NCBI GenBank assembly: GCA_028714495.1
Contig: JAQTMH010000003.1
Coordinates: 8,496 to 72,495 of the forward strand
Length of the DNA: 64,000 nt
DNA from: Patescibacteria group bacterium
GTDB lineage: Bacteria > Patescibacteriota > Patescibacteriia > JAHIZJ01
Direction: 5' to 3'
Positions within the stretch are counted from its first letter, which is position 1; each line of letters begins with the position of its first letter. Below the pieces are notes generated by a model that saw only the letters and a list, made by a program, of their open reading frames with translations, made no database searches and was not told where the DNA came from. Of this stretch, positions 41,129-51,293 are shown piece by piece. The position numbers and the translations under genes were made by a program.

Positions 41129-43357
41129 TTACAAACTATTGTATAAATCAAGCCAATCGCCAAGATCGCCAGGTTCAAATTTTTTACTTGACTCATCAAA
41201 ATATACCCATCTTCCAGTATAATTTCTTTGATCGGTGTTTGTTACTATACCACCAAAAATCTTTTTTCCTTTTTTCTTTTCACAATATATATATTTATAA
41301 AACCCATCAATTTTTGGACCAGCCATTTGTTTTGTAAAACCTGACTTTGTGTCAAATAACCCAATTCTGCCATCCTTCAATTTTACTATAAAATCCACAT
41401 AAAAAGGTTTTTGTTCACCATTCTTGTATGGAATAGCAAAAAATATGGAATCACGATCTCCATTTTTAAACCACCATTCTATCTTATTTGAACCATTTAT
41501 ATATTCAATAAAGGCTTTTTCCGTCCTCCATTCATTCTTACTATAAAAAGGCTGCATTATTGATTTCTTTCTTTCTTCTTGTGCATAATCCTCATTAAAC
41601 CGCATAGACTTAGGTATATTCCATTTTTCTTGAACAATTAATTCACTATCCCTTTTTTCTACCTCTTTTTGGTATTCATCTTTAGTCTTACTTAAAACAT
41701 TGAGAAAATGCTTACTATTTTTTTCACTTAATACTATTTGAACAATTTCATCCCATTTTTCGGCATATTTCATTTTAAGTTCATTTTCAAAAAACTTGTA
41801 TATTGATTCTTTAACTCTACCCACTGACCGATCTTCTGGATAGAAAGGAGCCAAATTTTTTCTAACGAAGTAATCAATTAATTTCTGTAAATCAAAGCCA
41901 CTGGCTTTTATTTCCTTATTCCCCGAAATTTTCACTTTTGCCAAAATATCAATGTCTTCTGCCCGCCAGTTAGTCACTATTTTTTGATCAATTTTTTTTG
42001 ACTTGATATCTACTTTACTTTTTAAACCATACACTTTCGCAAATTTCAAAAATAACTCGATAAAAAACGGAGATAATCTAGTTTTTTCTCTATGACGCCT
42101 AGAATAATAGGATTTTAAATTAATTGGTTTATAGCTTTTTATTCTCTTACTAATATAAATTGTGATGTAATTCCTCGCGATATCTTCTTGAATTTCAATA
42201 TTATCTAAATTCGTGTAAACATAGCCGTAATTTAAAATCTCATTTGGATAGTGACCAAAATCTGGCTCGGGCATACGCATTATTCTGCCGACTGTTTGAA
42301 TAGAAAAAATTGGGCTGTGCCATTCTCTAAATAAAACCAAAATCTGCGCCCTGGGGCAGTCCCAGCCCAAAGCTATTGCCTGTTTAAAAATTAAGACTTC
42401 AACTTTACTATCATTCTTTTCAACATATTCCTTATTAACATGTTCGCCAGAAAGCCAGATAGCGAGTTTGCTATTATCCTTTTCTGTCGTAATTTTATAT
42501 TTATTTTTCAAAATACTTTCCACTCTTTCCCTTATTCTATCTTCTAAGCTTGATTTTCTGTCGGGTAATTGTATTAAAATTAATGGATTAACATTAACTC
42601 CTTCTTTTTTGAAGGCTTTTACAATTTCAATTCTTTTTTGAATAGCCGCGCCTATAACTAACTCTTCGCTGCCACCACTTAGATTTTGCGTCTTTATTTT
42701 TCCTTGCTTTATAATATTGTCAAAATTATCGTTCAGAATGACCGCCTTTTTGATCATACCATCTTTTTTTACATCTTCTAGTAATACATCAACTTGGAGA
42801 TCGCCACTTAGAACTGGCGTGGCCGAGACCTCAATCGTTAATTTAGGATTAATCATCTCAATTAAACCTTGTGAAATTTCGCTGGTGGCGTGGTGGTGGG
42901 CTTCATCAATGACCAAGATTATTTCTCTGCCTTCTTCCCTTGTATTTTCAATAACTTTTGATAAATTGAAATCTTGTTCATTGTCGCGAATATATATATT
43001 GTCTTTTTTATTAATGCTTTCCCAATTGAAAAACAAAATTTCGTTCTGATCAATTCTTATATCGTCTAAATCATCAAAATATGAACACTTTATAGCACGG
43101 CTTTTTTCAAAATAATTTTCCAGCTTCTCTTTACTTTGGATATGAAGTTGCCGGGGAGCGGTCCAAATAAAGCCGAATAATTGTTTGATTTCTCTATCAT
43201 CTGCCAATTGCTTTAAAAACTCGGCCATCATTATTGTCTTGCCAGAACCCGTGGGCGCTTTAAAAACTAATTTTTTACTACCAGAGTACTCCAAAAGTCT
43301 TTTAGTTTTGTTCATTAAATCGTCTATTGCATTTTCCTGGTATATTTTTAGTTGCAT
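41129..43357 (-). CDS. res: Type III restriction enzyme Res subunit (SF2 helicase-like)
   Basis: Walker A KAPTGSGKT and the DEAH box VIDEAHH. Very low GC. Confidence 0.8.
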   Translation of the reverse strand: MQLKIYQENAIDDLMNKTKRLLEYSGSKKLVFKAPTGSGKTIMMAEFLKQLADDREIKQLFGFIWTAPRQLHIQSKEKLENYFEKSRAIKCSYFDDLDDIRIDQNEILFFNWESINKKDNIYIRDNEQDFNLSKVIENTREEGREIILVIDEAHHHATSEISQGLIEMINPKLTIEVSATPVLSGDLQVDVLLEDVKKDGMIKKAVILNDNFDNIIKQGKIKTQNLSGGSEELVIGAAIQKRIEIVKAFKKEGVNVNPLILIQLPDRKSSLEDRIRERVESILKNKYKITTEKDNSKLAIWLSGEHVNKEYVEKNDSKVEVLIFKQAIALGWDCPRAQILVLFREWHSPIFSIQTVGRIMRMPEPDFGHYPNEILNYGYVYTNLDNIEIQEDIARNYITIYISKRIKSYKPINLKSYYSRRHREKTRLSPFFIELFLKFAKVYGLKSKVDIKSKKIDQKIVTNWRAEDIDILAKVKISGNKEIKASGFDLQKLIDYFVRKNLAPFYPEDRSVGRVKESIYKFFENELKMKYAEKWDEIVQIVLSEKNSKHFLNVLSKTKDEYQKEVEKRDSELIVQEKWNIPKSMRFNEDYAQEERKKSIMQPFYSKNEWRTEKAFIEYINGSNKIEWWFKNGDRDSIFFAIPYKNGEQKPFYVDFIVKLKDGRIGLFDTKSGFTKQMAGPKIDGFYKYIYCEKKKGKKIFGGIVTNTDQRNYTGRWVYFDESSKKFEPGDLGDWLDLYNSL

Positions 43358-43361
43358 AATT

Positions 43362-44213
43362 TTATAATAACGCTTTTCCTAATCTTATTTTTGATAAACA
43401 ATTAATTAGTGTTTTAAATGTCATATAATAATTAGCTGCTATTTTAAGATAATTTGTATAAAAATCGCTAAATTGTTCGTCGCTAATGTCTTTATCTAAA
43501 AATTCTAAATCTCTATAATTTGATTTTATTCTATAGCAGTAAAAAAATTCAAAAAGATTAACTGTACTATATTCTAAAAATTCTTTTTTTTCAAGTCTAT
43601 TTTTTTTAGATCTATAATCTCTTATTTTCCTTTTTCTTTGAAAATCTTCAAGTTTATAACTAATAAGCTTTTTAAGTAATTGTGTAATTCTTTCGCCTAA
43701 ATTTATACCAATTACTTTTAGATTAGCGCCTGATTTAGCCTTATAATTCATAATTTTTAAACACTGAAAATTTGAGTTGAACATCTTTTTATTAAAAATT
43801 ATTTCTTTCCTTTCGATGTGACCCTTTAAACTTTTTATCAAGCCCTCGTGCGAACAATTAAATGAAGATTCTTGACCAGAAATAAGATATTCTAATATCA
43901 AAAATAAATTAAACATTAAATAATATATTTTTACGGCTATCCATGGTACACAAACCTCGGCAAAACCAATATTTGTTTTAATATTCTCCGATTCAAGTTG
44001 AAGGTTCTTTATTATCAATTTTATTAGATTGATCTTTTTTTTAAGAATTTTCCCTTCGTATATTTTTTTCTTAAAATCTAATTTACATTCAGCACTTAAA
44101 CCTTCGGAAATAGTGTTAAAACAGATAACATAATTCAAGTGCGTCATAAAATCCGGAGGGTGTTCTTTTTTATACTCTTCGTTTTCTTTTTCTATCCACT
44201 TACTTAAATCCAT
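43362..44213 (-). CDS. hypothetical protein encoded between mod and res (283 aa, K/N/I/L-rich)
   Basis: Overlaps both the mod stop and the res start by a few bp, which suggests translational coupling. About 25% GC. No family recognised. Confidence 0.55.
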   Translation of the reverse strand: MDLSKWIEKENEEYKKEHPPDFMTHLNYVICFNTISEGLSAECKLDFKKKIYEGKILKKKINLIKLIIKNLQLESENIKTNIGFAEVCVPWIAVKIYYLMFNLFLILEYLISGQESSFNCSHEGLIKSLKGHIERKEIIFNKKMFNSNFQCLKIMNYKAKSGANLKVIGINLGERITQLLKKLISYKLEDFQRKRKIRDYRSKKNRLEKKEFLEYSTVNLFEFFYCYRIKSNYRDLEFLDKDISDEQFSDFYTNYLKIAANYYMTFKTLINCLSKIRLGKALL

Positions 44214-44217
44214 TTCT

Positions 44218-45903
44218 TTATTTAAAAATTCTTCTATAAACTCTCAAAATTGCCTCAGGTATCGGAGATAATCTTACTTTTTGTTTTATATCTTCAAATT
44301 CTTCGTCAAATGTTTCATCGCCTAACGAAAATATGTAGACACTAAATTTACCTTTAAAATTCTTTATTACCTTCTTAAAGACGGAAATTGCCAATGGATC
44401 ATAAATTATACCAGTATAGTGATCAGTATTTTTGAAAATTTTATAATTGTTCTGGGCCAATACGGGTTTGAAAGTACCCTCTTTTACACAAAGCATCTCG
44501 GTCGCCTCGGCGGTAAGTTTAATTTTATTTTTATCTGTGGGTTCGCCATCAACAAAATCAGTTTTGAAATATTTTAGTATACCACCCAAACCTTTTATTT
44601 TTTCGCCTTTCAAATTTTCATAACCCATAATAACTTTCTTGACTCGTGGATAACAAATGTTTGTGGCTATGTCATTTTCATTGTTTGTACATAAAATAAA
44701 CTGGCGATTACCATTATCTTCTTTATTTAGTTCTAAAACCGCTTGACTAGTCGTACCTGTTCCAGCCATAAAATCCAAAATTACAGAATTTTTTTCAGTC
44801 GATAAATTCAACAAATATTTGATTAAAAGATAAGGTTTTGGATAACTAAATACTTTACCATGGAACATTTTTTCTAATTCCTTCGTAGCCATAGTGCTTG
44901 AGTATTGTGAGATTACTGCAAATGGAGGCCGTTGTCTCTCAATAGGATTATTCTCATTATCTACATTTAAATATTGCTTTGAATATACTACCCAATTACC
45001 TGATTTATTCTTATCAATTTTTATAAAGCCGTTTGCAAGACCCCACTTAACCTTTTCTTTGGACCACCTCCAACAAGCTTTTTTATGTTTGAAACTAGGC
45101 CAAATTTCTTTTCTATCGGGTGCAATAATTGGGTAGTCTAGTGATTTTGAGTACTGAATACTAGCACTATTTAGTTTAATCAATTTATGTTTTCCTCTTT
45201 CTTTTTCATATTTATCTGTATAGGTATAGGCATCTTCATCTGGAATTTTTTCTTTATTTATTAAAAATTTGGGCTTATTTTTTGCATACACCAAAACGTA
45301 TTCATGTTTAATTTTGAAGTGCTTACTATCCGAACTACCTCCACCCTCGCGATTTTCCCATACTAAAATGGCAACAAAATTATCTTCACCAAACAACCCA
45401 ATATTTTTATCATCCATTAAAAGTTTTAATTGCGCCACTTCATTATCATCTATAGAAATAAAAATTGCTCCGGTATCTTTTAATAAATATTTTGCTAATT
45501 TTAAACGTTTTTCCATAAACGCAAGCCATTTAGAATGGCGGTAGGCATCTTCTCTATCAACATAGAGGTCATTAAAAATAAAATCTTTACTACCTGTGTT
45601 ATAGGGAGGATCAATATATATGACATCAATTTTTTTGCTATGAGTATAATTCAAAACTGAAAGCGCATGATAATTATCGCCTTCAATCAATAGATTAACC
45701 GGCTTGGTTTTGTCCGTTTCAATTTCTTTGTTTTTAACTTCTTTCAATATCGGCAATTTTTCTTTACACAATTCTACCACGTCCTCCAGCTTCTCTTCCC
45801 AAACCAAACCATATTTTTTACTTTTCTTTAATTCTTTCTTCAATCGTGCCACTTCGGCAAGAAGCTTTGCTTTGGATAAATTTTTATTATCATTTGTTTC
45901 CAT
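44218..45903 (-). CDS. mod: Type III RM Mod subunit (beta-class N6-adenine/N4-cytosine DNA methyltransferase)
   Basis: DPPY motif IV (VIYIDPPYNTG) precedes motif I (FMAGTGTT). This motif order defines the beta class typical of Type III Mod. Confidence 0.85.
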   Translation of the reverse strand: METNDNKNLSKAKLLAEVARLKKELKKSKKYGLVWEEKLEDVVELCKEKLPILKEVKNKEIETDKTKPVNLLIEGDNYHALSVLNYTHSKKIDVIYIDPPYNTGSKDFIFNDLYVDREDAYRHSKWLAFMEKRLKLAKYLLKDTGAIFISIDDNEVAQLKLLMDDKNIGLFGEDNFVAILVWENREGGGSSDSKHFKIKHEYVLVYAKNKPKFLINKEKIPDEDAYTYTDKYEKERGKHKLIKLNSASIQYSKSLDYPIIAPDRKEIWPSFKHKKACWRWSKEKVKWGLANGFIKIDKNKSGNWVVYSKQYLNVDNENNPIERQRPPFAVISQYSSTMATKELEKMFHGKVFSYPKPYLLIKYLLNLSTEKNSVILDFMAGTGTTSQAVLELNKEDNGNRQFILCTNNENDIATNICYPRVKKVIMGYENLKGEKIKGLGGILKYFKTDFVDGEPTDKNKIKLTAEATEMLCVKEGTFKPVLAQNNYKIFKNTDHYTGIIYDPLAISVFKKVIKNFKGKFSVYIFSLGDETFDEEFEDIKQKVRLSPIPEAILRVYRRIFK

Positions 45904-46087
45904 ATTTTCTAGGATTTCATTAAATCATCAATACCAACACCAAGCGCTAAGATGATTTTTCCCCTTTTTCATACCCCCATCATACCCCCAAACCAAGCCA
46001 AAATCAAGGGCAAAAGAAAAAAGGCCCCTCTTGATTTAGAGCGGCCTGTTGAAAAGGCTTTACGGGAATGATGTCCTGGGAACCATT

Positions 46088-46729
46088 TCACTGGCAGTCC
46101 CAACTCCAGATATCAGGATCAAACACACCGGTAATGCTGAGGCTGTCAATCATCCCAAGCGTATCAACATACGCCACGATATACACGTCGTCAAAGACGT
46201 TGTTGTACGTCGGATGGGTAATCATCTTCCAGAAAATAGTGCTGTCGCAGATGGCGCCATAGTCGGGGTAAGCAGCCTTGAATTTCGCAATCGGATCGCC
46301 CATGCGCAATCCGCTCTGCTTGACCTTGCCTGGGTAGTTCCTGGAGAAATGAAACCCTAACAATCGGTTAAACGCCCAGTAGAGATGTATGCCGCACTCT
46401 TCGCTCGCGAATTCCAGGGTATTGCCATACCCCCCGGTCCGGCCGTCCACGTAGTGGAATCCGCAATGCCCTTTGAGCGAGTGATTGTCTGGTTGGTCGT
46501 AGGAAAATCCGCCGAGACTGATATCGCTGGTAGAAAAGCTGACATCGCCGTCGCACACGTCCTTGCACGGCTCTTCTGGCTTGAAAATACTGCAGCTGAC
46601 AAGACATGCGGCAAAGATGCAGACAGCGAAAGCCATCATGCGCCGCCAGTGTCGAGAGTACATACCCACCTCCTCTTTGTGCGGGTAGTTATTGCCGATA
46701 AAATGAACAGCTCCCCATCTTACCCCCAT
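46088..46729 (-). CDS. lipoprotein, hypothetical (GC-rich)
   Basis: The probable start is MYSRHWRRMMAFAVCIFAACLVSCS (lipobox LVSC). About 55% GC. Confidence 0.45.
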   Translation of the reverse strand: MGVRWGAVHFIGNNYPHKEEVGMYSRHWRRMMAFAVCIFAACLVSCSIFKPEEPCKDVCDGDVSFSTSDISLGGFSYDQPDNHSLKGHCGFHYVDGRTGGYGNTLEFASEECGIHLYWAFNRLLGFHFSRNYPGKVKQSGLRMGDPIAKFKAAYPDYGAICDSTIFWKMITHPTYNNVFDDVYIVAYVDTLGMIDSLSITGVFDPDIWSWDCQ

Positions 46730-46780
46730 TTTATGCTAAAAGCAAGAAAAACCGCCATTCCTGGCGGCCCCTGTAATTAT

Positions 46781-47326
46781 TTACTCAAATATTTCATGTA
46801 TTAATTTTTCGTTGATATAAAGGTAGGGATAATATTCGCCTTCCTTCACCAAACCATGCTTGATGGGATTGAGACGGAGATATTCGACGTGGCGGTTAAA
46901 GTCTTTATCATTAAGAATGATGTGATCATGATAAGATTTTAGCCAACCAAATTTGCGAATATATATTTTGTGGGTGATCACAAATCTTCGTAGGCGAACA
47001 AGCGCTTGTTCGCCTACGGTTGTTGCTATCCTCGAGTTCACGCCGATTAAACGATTCACTTCGTGAGAAAATTGTTTTTTTATAGTAAACATTATTTTGG
47101 ATATGTTGTATTTACCACTTGGTTGTATGAGTATGTGAACGTGGTCAGGTATAACGACGAAGCCAAACAACCGGAAACGCATACTTTGTTCAGCAATACT
47201 TAACCGATTTATAAACAACCCGGTTAGTATTTCATTCCGAAAATACGGATAGTTATCTTTGGTTTTTGTGGTCACAAAATATATCGCATTTTCAATATAT
47301 ATTCGTTTCTGGCTGTTTTTGTACAT
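46781..47326 (-). CDS. IS200/IS605-family HUH tyrosine transposase-like protein (RAYT-like)
   Basis: HUH motif IPDHVHILI and a RAYT-like SYHDHII C-terminal motif. An in-frame insertion is encoded by a perfect 28-bp palindrome GTAGGCGAACAAGCGCTTGTTCGCCTAC (46988..47015). Confidence 0.65.
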   Translation of the reverse strand: MYKNSQKRIYIENAIYFVTTKTKDNYPYFRNEILTGLFINRLSIAEQSMRFRLFGFVVIPDHVHILIQPSGKYNISKIMFTIKKQFSHEVNRLIGVNSRIATTVGEQALVRLRRFVITHKIYIRKFGWLKSYHDHIILNDKDFNRHVEYLRLNPIKHGLVKEGEYYPYLYINEKLIHEIFE

Positions 47327-47369
47327 AAAAACAAGGAGTCATATCTCCCTGTTGTCTTTTCTACGTTGC

Positions 47370-48404
47370 CTAATTTTCTTCCGCCGGCTTTTCCAATTCA
47401 ATGGTTTCAGCCTGACCGCCCTTGCCGGATATTTTCAAAACGTCTTTGTCGATTTTCTTGAATTCTTTAGCTGCCGTGTTATAAGTGTTCACGGTAGTGC
47501 CTATCTGATTCCCTAATCGGGTAAAATAGCCCTCATAGCTCATCAGATGCCTGGCTAATTGCTCGACATTTTTTCTAATTTCTTTGGCTGATTCCTCAAT
47601 GCGCAATGCCCTCAAACCCTGAAGCACAGTCTGGAGATAGGCGAAAAACGAAGTCGGTGATACGATAATCACGTGCTTGTCTTTAAAGGCGTATTCGATC
47701 AGATCGCGGGTGTTCAGCTTTACGGTGCCGACCTGATTGACCAGCAGATCGTAGTAGATGGCTTCGGCTGGAATGAACATAAAGGCGAAGTCCATGGTAT
47801 TTTCGCCCGGCCGGATGTATTTGGCTGTTTCATCGATCCGGTTTTTCAAATCCTGCTTAAAGACTTTTTCCAGCCTGGCGCGTTCAGCCGGATCGCGTTC
47901 AACAGAAATGCGGTTGTAATTCTCCAGGGAGAATTTGGAATCGATTGGAATTATCTTTTCGCCCACGAAAATTACCGCGTCAGCCATGTCTCCGTTTTTG
48001 AAGCCGTACTGCAACTTATAATTGCTCGGCGGCAAGACGTTTTTTAACACGGTTTCGAGAAAATACTCGCCCAAGACCCCGCGCTGTTTCGGATTTTGAA
48101 GGATGTCCTGGAGATTCTGCAATTGGTCGGCAAAACCCACGACCTGGCGGTTGGTTTCATCGAGCTTGGTCAGTTTTTCAGTCACGTCTTGGATTACCTT
48201 CATGCTGCCGATCAGCTGATTCTGCATATCTTGGCGCACGCCCTGGATATTTTGGTTCAGCAGAGCAAAGGGCTCGCTTTTCGAATCCTTTTCCAGCTGG
48301 CGCATTTGCTGAAAATGCCGGAACTGCCAGATTATCACCATTATTACAACTCCAAAACCGACTATTATTATTCCGGCAATTATTATTGTCCAGGTTTGAG
48401 ACAT
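47370..48404 (-). CDS. rmuC: DNA recombination protein RmuC
   Basis: N-terminal TM anchor, a coiled coil, and a C-terminal RmuC nuclease-like domain. Confidence 0.8.
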   Translation of the reverse strand: MSQTWTIIIAGIIIVGFGVVIMVIIWQFRHFQQMRQLEKDSKSEPFALLNQNIQGVRQDMQNQLIGSMKVIQDVTEKLTKLDETNRQVVGFADQLQNLQDILQNPKQRGVLGEYFLETVLKNVLPPSNYKLQYGFKNGDMADAVIFVGEKIIPIDSKFSLENYNRISVERDPAERARLEKVFKQDLKNRIDETAKYIRPGENTMDFAFMFIPAEAIYYDLLVNQVGTVKLNTRDLIEYAFKDKHVIIVSPTSFFAYLQTVLQGLRALRIEESAKEIRKNVEQLARHLMSYEGYFTRLGNQIGTTVNTYNTAAKEFKKIDKDVLKISGKGGQAETIELEKPAEEN

Positions 48405-48411
48405 ATGGTGA

Positions 48412-49209
48412 TTATCTATTATCTAATCGAAAGAGTCGTTTGGCGTTATTAGTCGTTGCTTCAACCACCTCTTCAAAAGCGAGGTTTTTTATCTGGGCAA
48501 TCTTTTCAGCCACGTATCGGACATAGAGCGGCTCATTGCGCTGTCCGCGATACGGCACTGGCGCCAGGTAAGGAGAGTCAGTTTCGATTAACACCTTGTC
48601 CAGCGGTATTTCCTTGATCACGCCGATTAAATCCTGATCTTTTGTAAAAGTGATAATTCCGGTGAAACCAAGGTAAAACCCGAGCTTGAGAAACTTCTGG
48701 GCTATTTCTCGATTGCCCAAAAAGCAATGAACCACTCCGGCTGGCAACTCGCCTTTTTCAATCTGATCAATCAAATCAGTGTAAGCGTCGCGGCAATGCA
48801 TGATAATCGGCAAGCCATGTTCTTTGGCCAGATTTATTTGCGACTGAAGAATCTCTTTCTGGTGATTTTTTATCGCATCGATCTCTTCCTGGGATTCAGC
48901 CTCCAAGTGATAATAATCCAGCCCGATTTCACCTATGGCCTTGATTGAAGATGGATGTTCTTTGATCAGATGCCTGAAATCCTCAAGTTCAAATTTCATC
49001 TTGGCCGAGTGAATCGGATGGAAACCCACTGCCGCGAAAAGCTGTCCCGGATGCTGCTCGGCCAACTCAACGGCTAATTGACTGGTATCAAGCTGCGAAC
49101 CGGGATTTATAACGCTTAAATCCTGATCCAGGCAGCGCTGGATGACCTCGTTCCGGTCTTTTTGAAACGCCTTATAATTCAAATGGGCGTGACTGTCAAT
49201 CATCTTCAC
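48412..49209 (-). CDS. tatD: TatD-family metal-dependent DNase
   Basis: MIDSHAHL N-terminus with the His/Glu/Asp metal ligands of TIM-barrel hydrolases. Confidence 0.9.
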   Translation of the reverse strand: MKMIDSHAHLNYKAFQKDRNEVIQRCLDQDLSVINPGSQLDTSQLAVELAEQHPGQLFAAVGFHPIHSAKMKFELEDFRHLIKEHPSSIKAIGEIGLDYYHLEAESQEEIDAIKNHQKEILQSQINLAKEHGLPIIMHCRDAYTDLIDQIEKGELPAGVVHCFLGNREIAQKFLKLGFYLGFTGIITFTKDQDLIGVIKEIPLDKVLIETDSPYLAPVPYRGQRNEPLYVRYVAEKIAQIKNLAFEEVVEATTNNAKRLFRLDNR

Positions 49210-49718
49210 AGGACTGACTCCAATGCGGAAAAGGCGTCTGGGAAAATACTCTCAACTATGCCGGCCGCGTTGATCATCAGCTGGGCCAACTGTGAATTGG
49301 CCACCTGTTCCGCTAGATCCGGAGATTGCACGAATCGATCGATCACCACCAGGATGATCCCGATGGCAAACAGCCCCTCGATAAAACCCAGCACGGCTCC
49401 GCCCAATTTATTTAAAATACTAAAAAACGGGATGAATTTTAATAGTTGAAAAGCTTTCGCGATAAACCAAAATACCAGGCCGACTAATTGGCTGGTTAAT
49501 AAAAAGATTAAAATAAACGCCACCACGTCGGCAATATCTCCCCGACCGAATACTATCGGCTCAATCATGTCGCCGAACGGCGCGTAGTATTGGGCAGCGA
49601 CAAAATAGCCGGCCAGGATGCCGATGATTGAACCAAAGGTTTGGAAAAGACCGGCAAAAAAGCCCGCTACAATAAACCCGCCTAAGACTCCCAGGAGGAC
49701 CAAATCGATTGTCGCCAT
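49206..49718 (-). CDS. CvpA-family membrane protein
   Basis: 170-aa four-TM protein with the colicin V production protein topology. Confidence 0.6.
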   Translation of the reverse strand: MATIDLVLLGVLGGFIVAGFFAGLFQTFGSIIGILAGYFVAAQYYAPFGDMIEPIVFGRGDIADVVAFILIFLLTSQLVGLVFWFIAKAFQLLKFIPFFSILNKLGGAVLGFIEGLFAIGIILVVIDRFVQSPDLAEQVANSQLAQLMINAAGIVESIFPDAFSALESVL

Positions 49719-49783
49719 ATATGTTTATTTAAAAGAATTATCTCGCCTTTATCTTAATCCTCAACTAACCAAGCAGTCAATCG

Positions 49784-51213
49784 CTACTTCCTCGGAAACA
49801 GCCCTTCTTCCTTTTTCACCTTTGGTCCGGTGAATTGTTCAACCAAACTATGACTGGCAATGGGCATAAACGGGTAAAATAGCCGAGCCATAGTCGTAAT
49901 CCAGCTGGCGACATTATTTAATACTTCGCTTCGACGCTCTGAATCAGCCTCGGTCAATTTCCATGGCGCCTCTTGATCCAGATATTTATTGGCCTCAGCC
50001 ACTAAACGCATGATGGATTTCAAAGCCTCGTCAAATTTATATCTCTCAATCTGATCGTTGATATCGTCAATTACTTTGTCTGATATCGGCTGTTTGGCAG
50101 ATTTAATTTCTATTTCGTTCTTCTCCAGAAGCTTGGCTGTGCGGCTGGCTAAATTACCCAGACCATTGGCTAAATCGGAATTATACTTCTCGGCAAAGAG
50201 TGATTCTTTGATATCTCCATCCTGGCCAAAAGGAAACTGCGAAAGAAGCAGGTAGCGCGTGGCGTCAGAGCCGTATTGTTCCACCAGATCATTTGGATTA
50301 ATAACATTGCCCAGGCTTTTGCTCATCTTTTGCCCATTGATGGAAAAAAAGCCGTGGATAAAAAGACCTTTGGGCGGTTTTTCGCCCACGGCCAGAAGCA
50401 GGGCCGGCCAATAAATGGCGTGAAATTTCAGAATATCTTTGGCCATGAGGTGGCAGTCGGCCGGCCACCAGCGTTCAAACTCATCTCGATTATCGCCATA
50501 GCCGATAGCCGAAATATAATTCTGGAGAGCTTCCACCCAGACATAAATATTGTGCGCCGGATCAAACGGCAGAGGTATCCCCCATTTCACCTTTTGCCGG
50601 GAAACTGAGAAATCTCCCAGCCCCTGTTTAAATAATCCCAGAACCTCTTTTTTCATTTCCGCCGGCTGGATGTTTATCTGATCGGTTTGGATCAGATCCT
50701 TGACTTGGTCTAAATATTTCGCCAGTTTAAAAAAGTAATTTTTTTCTTTTATCTTTTTCGGCTTCTTCCGATGGTCGGGGCAATAGCCGTCAACCAGCTC
50801 TTTTTCAGTCATAAACTTTTCGCAGCCGACGCAATAGAGGCCTTCGTAGGTATCCTCATAAAGCCTGCCGTTGTCCATCAATTTCTGCATGAATTTTCCA
50901 ACGGCTTCGATGTGCGCCGGGTCAGTCGTCCTGATAAATTCGTCATGGGTAATGTTCAGGTTTTTCCAAGCGATCCGATAGAGTTCCACGACCTCATCAA
51001 CAAATTCTTTGGGTTTTTGCCCGGCCAGCTTGGCGCTCTCCGCCACCTTGGCCCCGTGTTCATCAGTTCCGGTCAGGAAAAAGACGTCATCGCCTTTTTG
51101 CCGGTGAAATCTCGCCAAAACATCAGCCGCTACCGTGGTATAAGCATGGCCAATGTGCGGCTGGTCATTAACGTAGTATATTGGTGTTGTGATGTAAAAC
51201 TTTTTATTCATAT
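49784..51213 (-). CDS. metG: methionine--tRNA ligase
   Basis: HIGH motif (PHIGHAY), zinc knuckles (CVGC ... CPDH) and KMSKS (KMSKSLGN). The start is placed at MNKKFYITTPIYY because the longer ORF has a non-conserved N-terminal extension. Confidence 0.9.
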
Positions 51214-51293
51214 TTAAATCATGGTAAATTGGTGTTGTAATGCTTGCCCCGCATTTGGCGCGAAGCGACATAGTGCGGGGTAGAACTTTTTGT

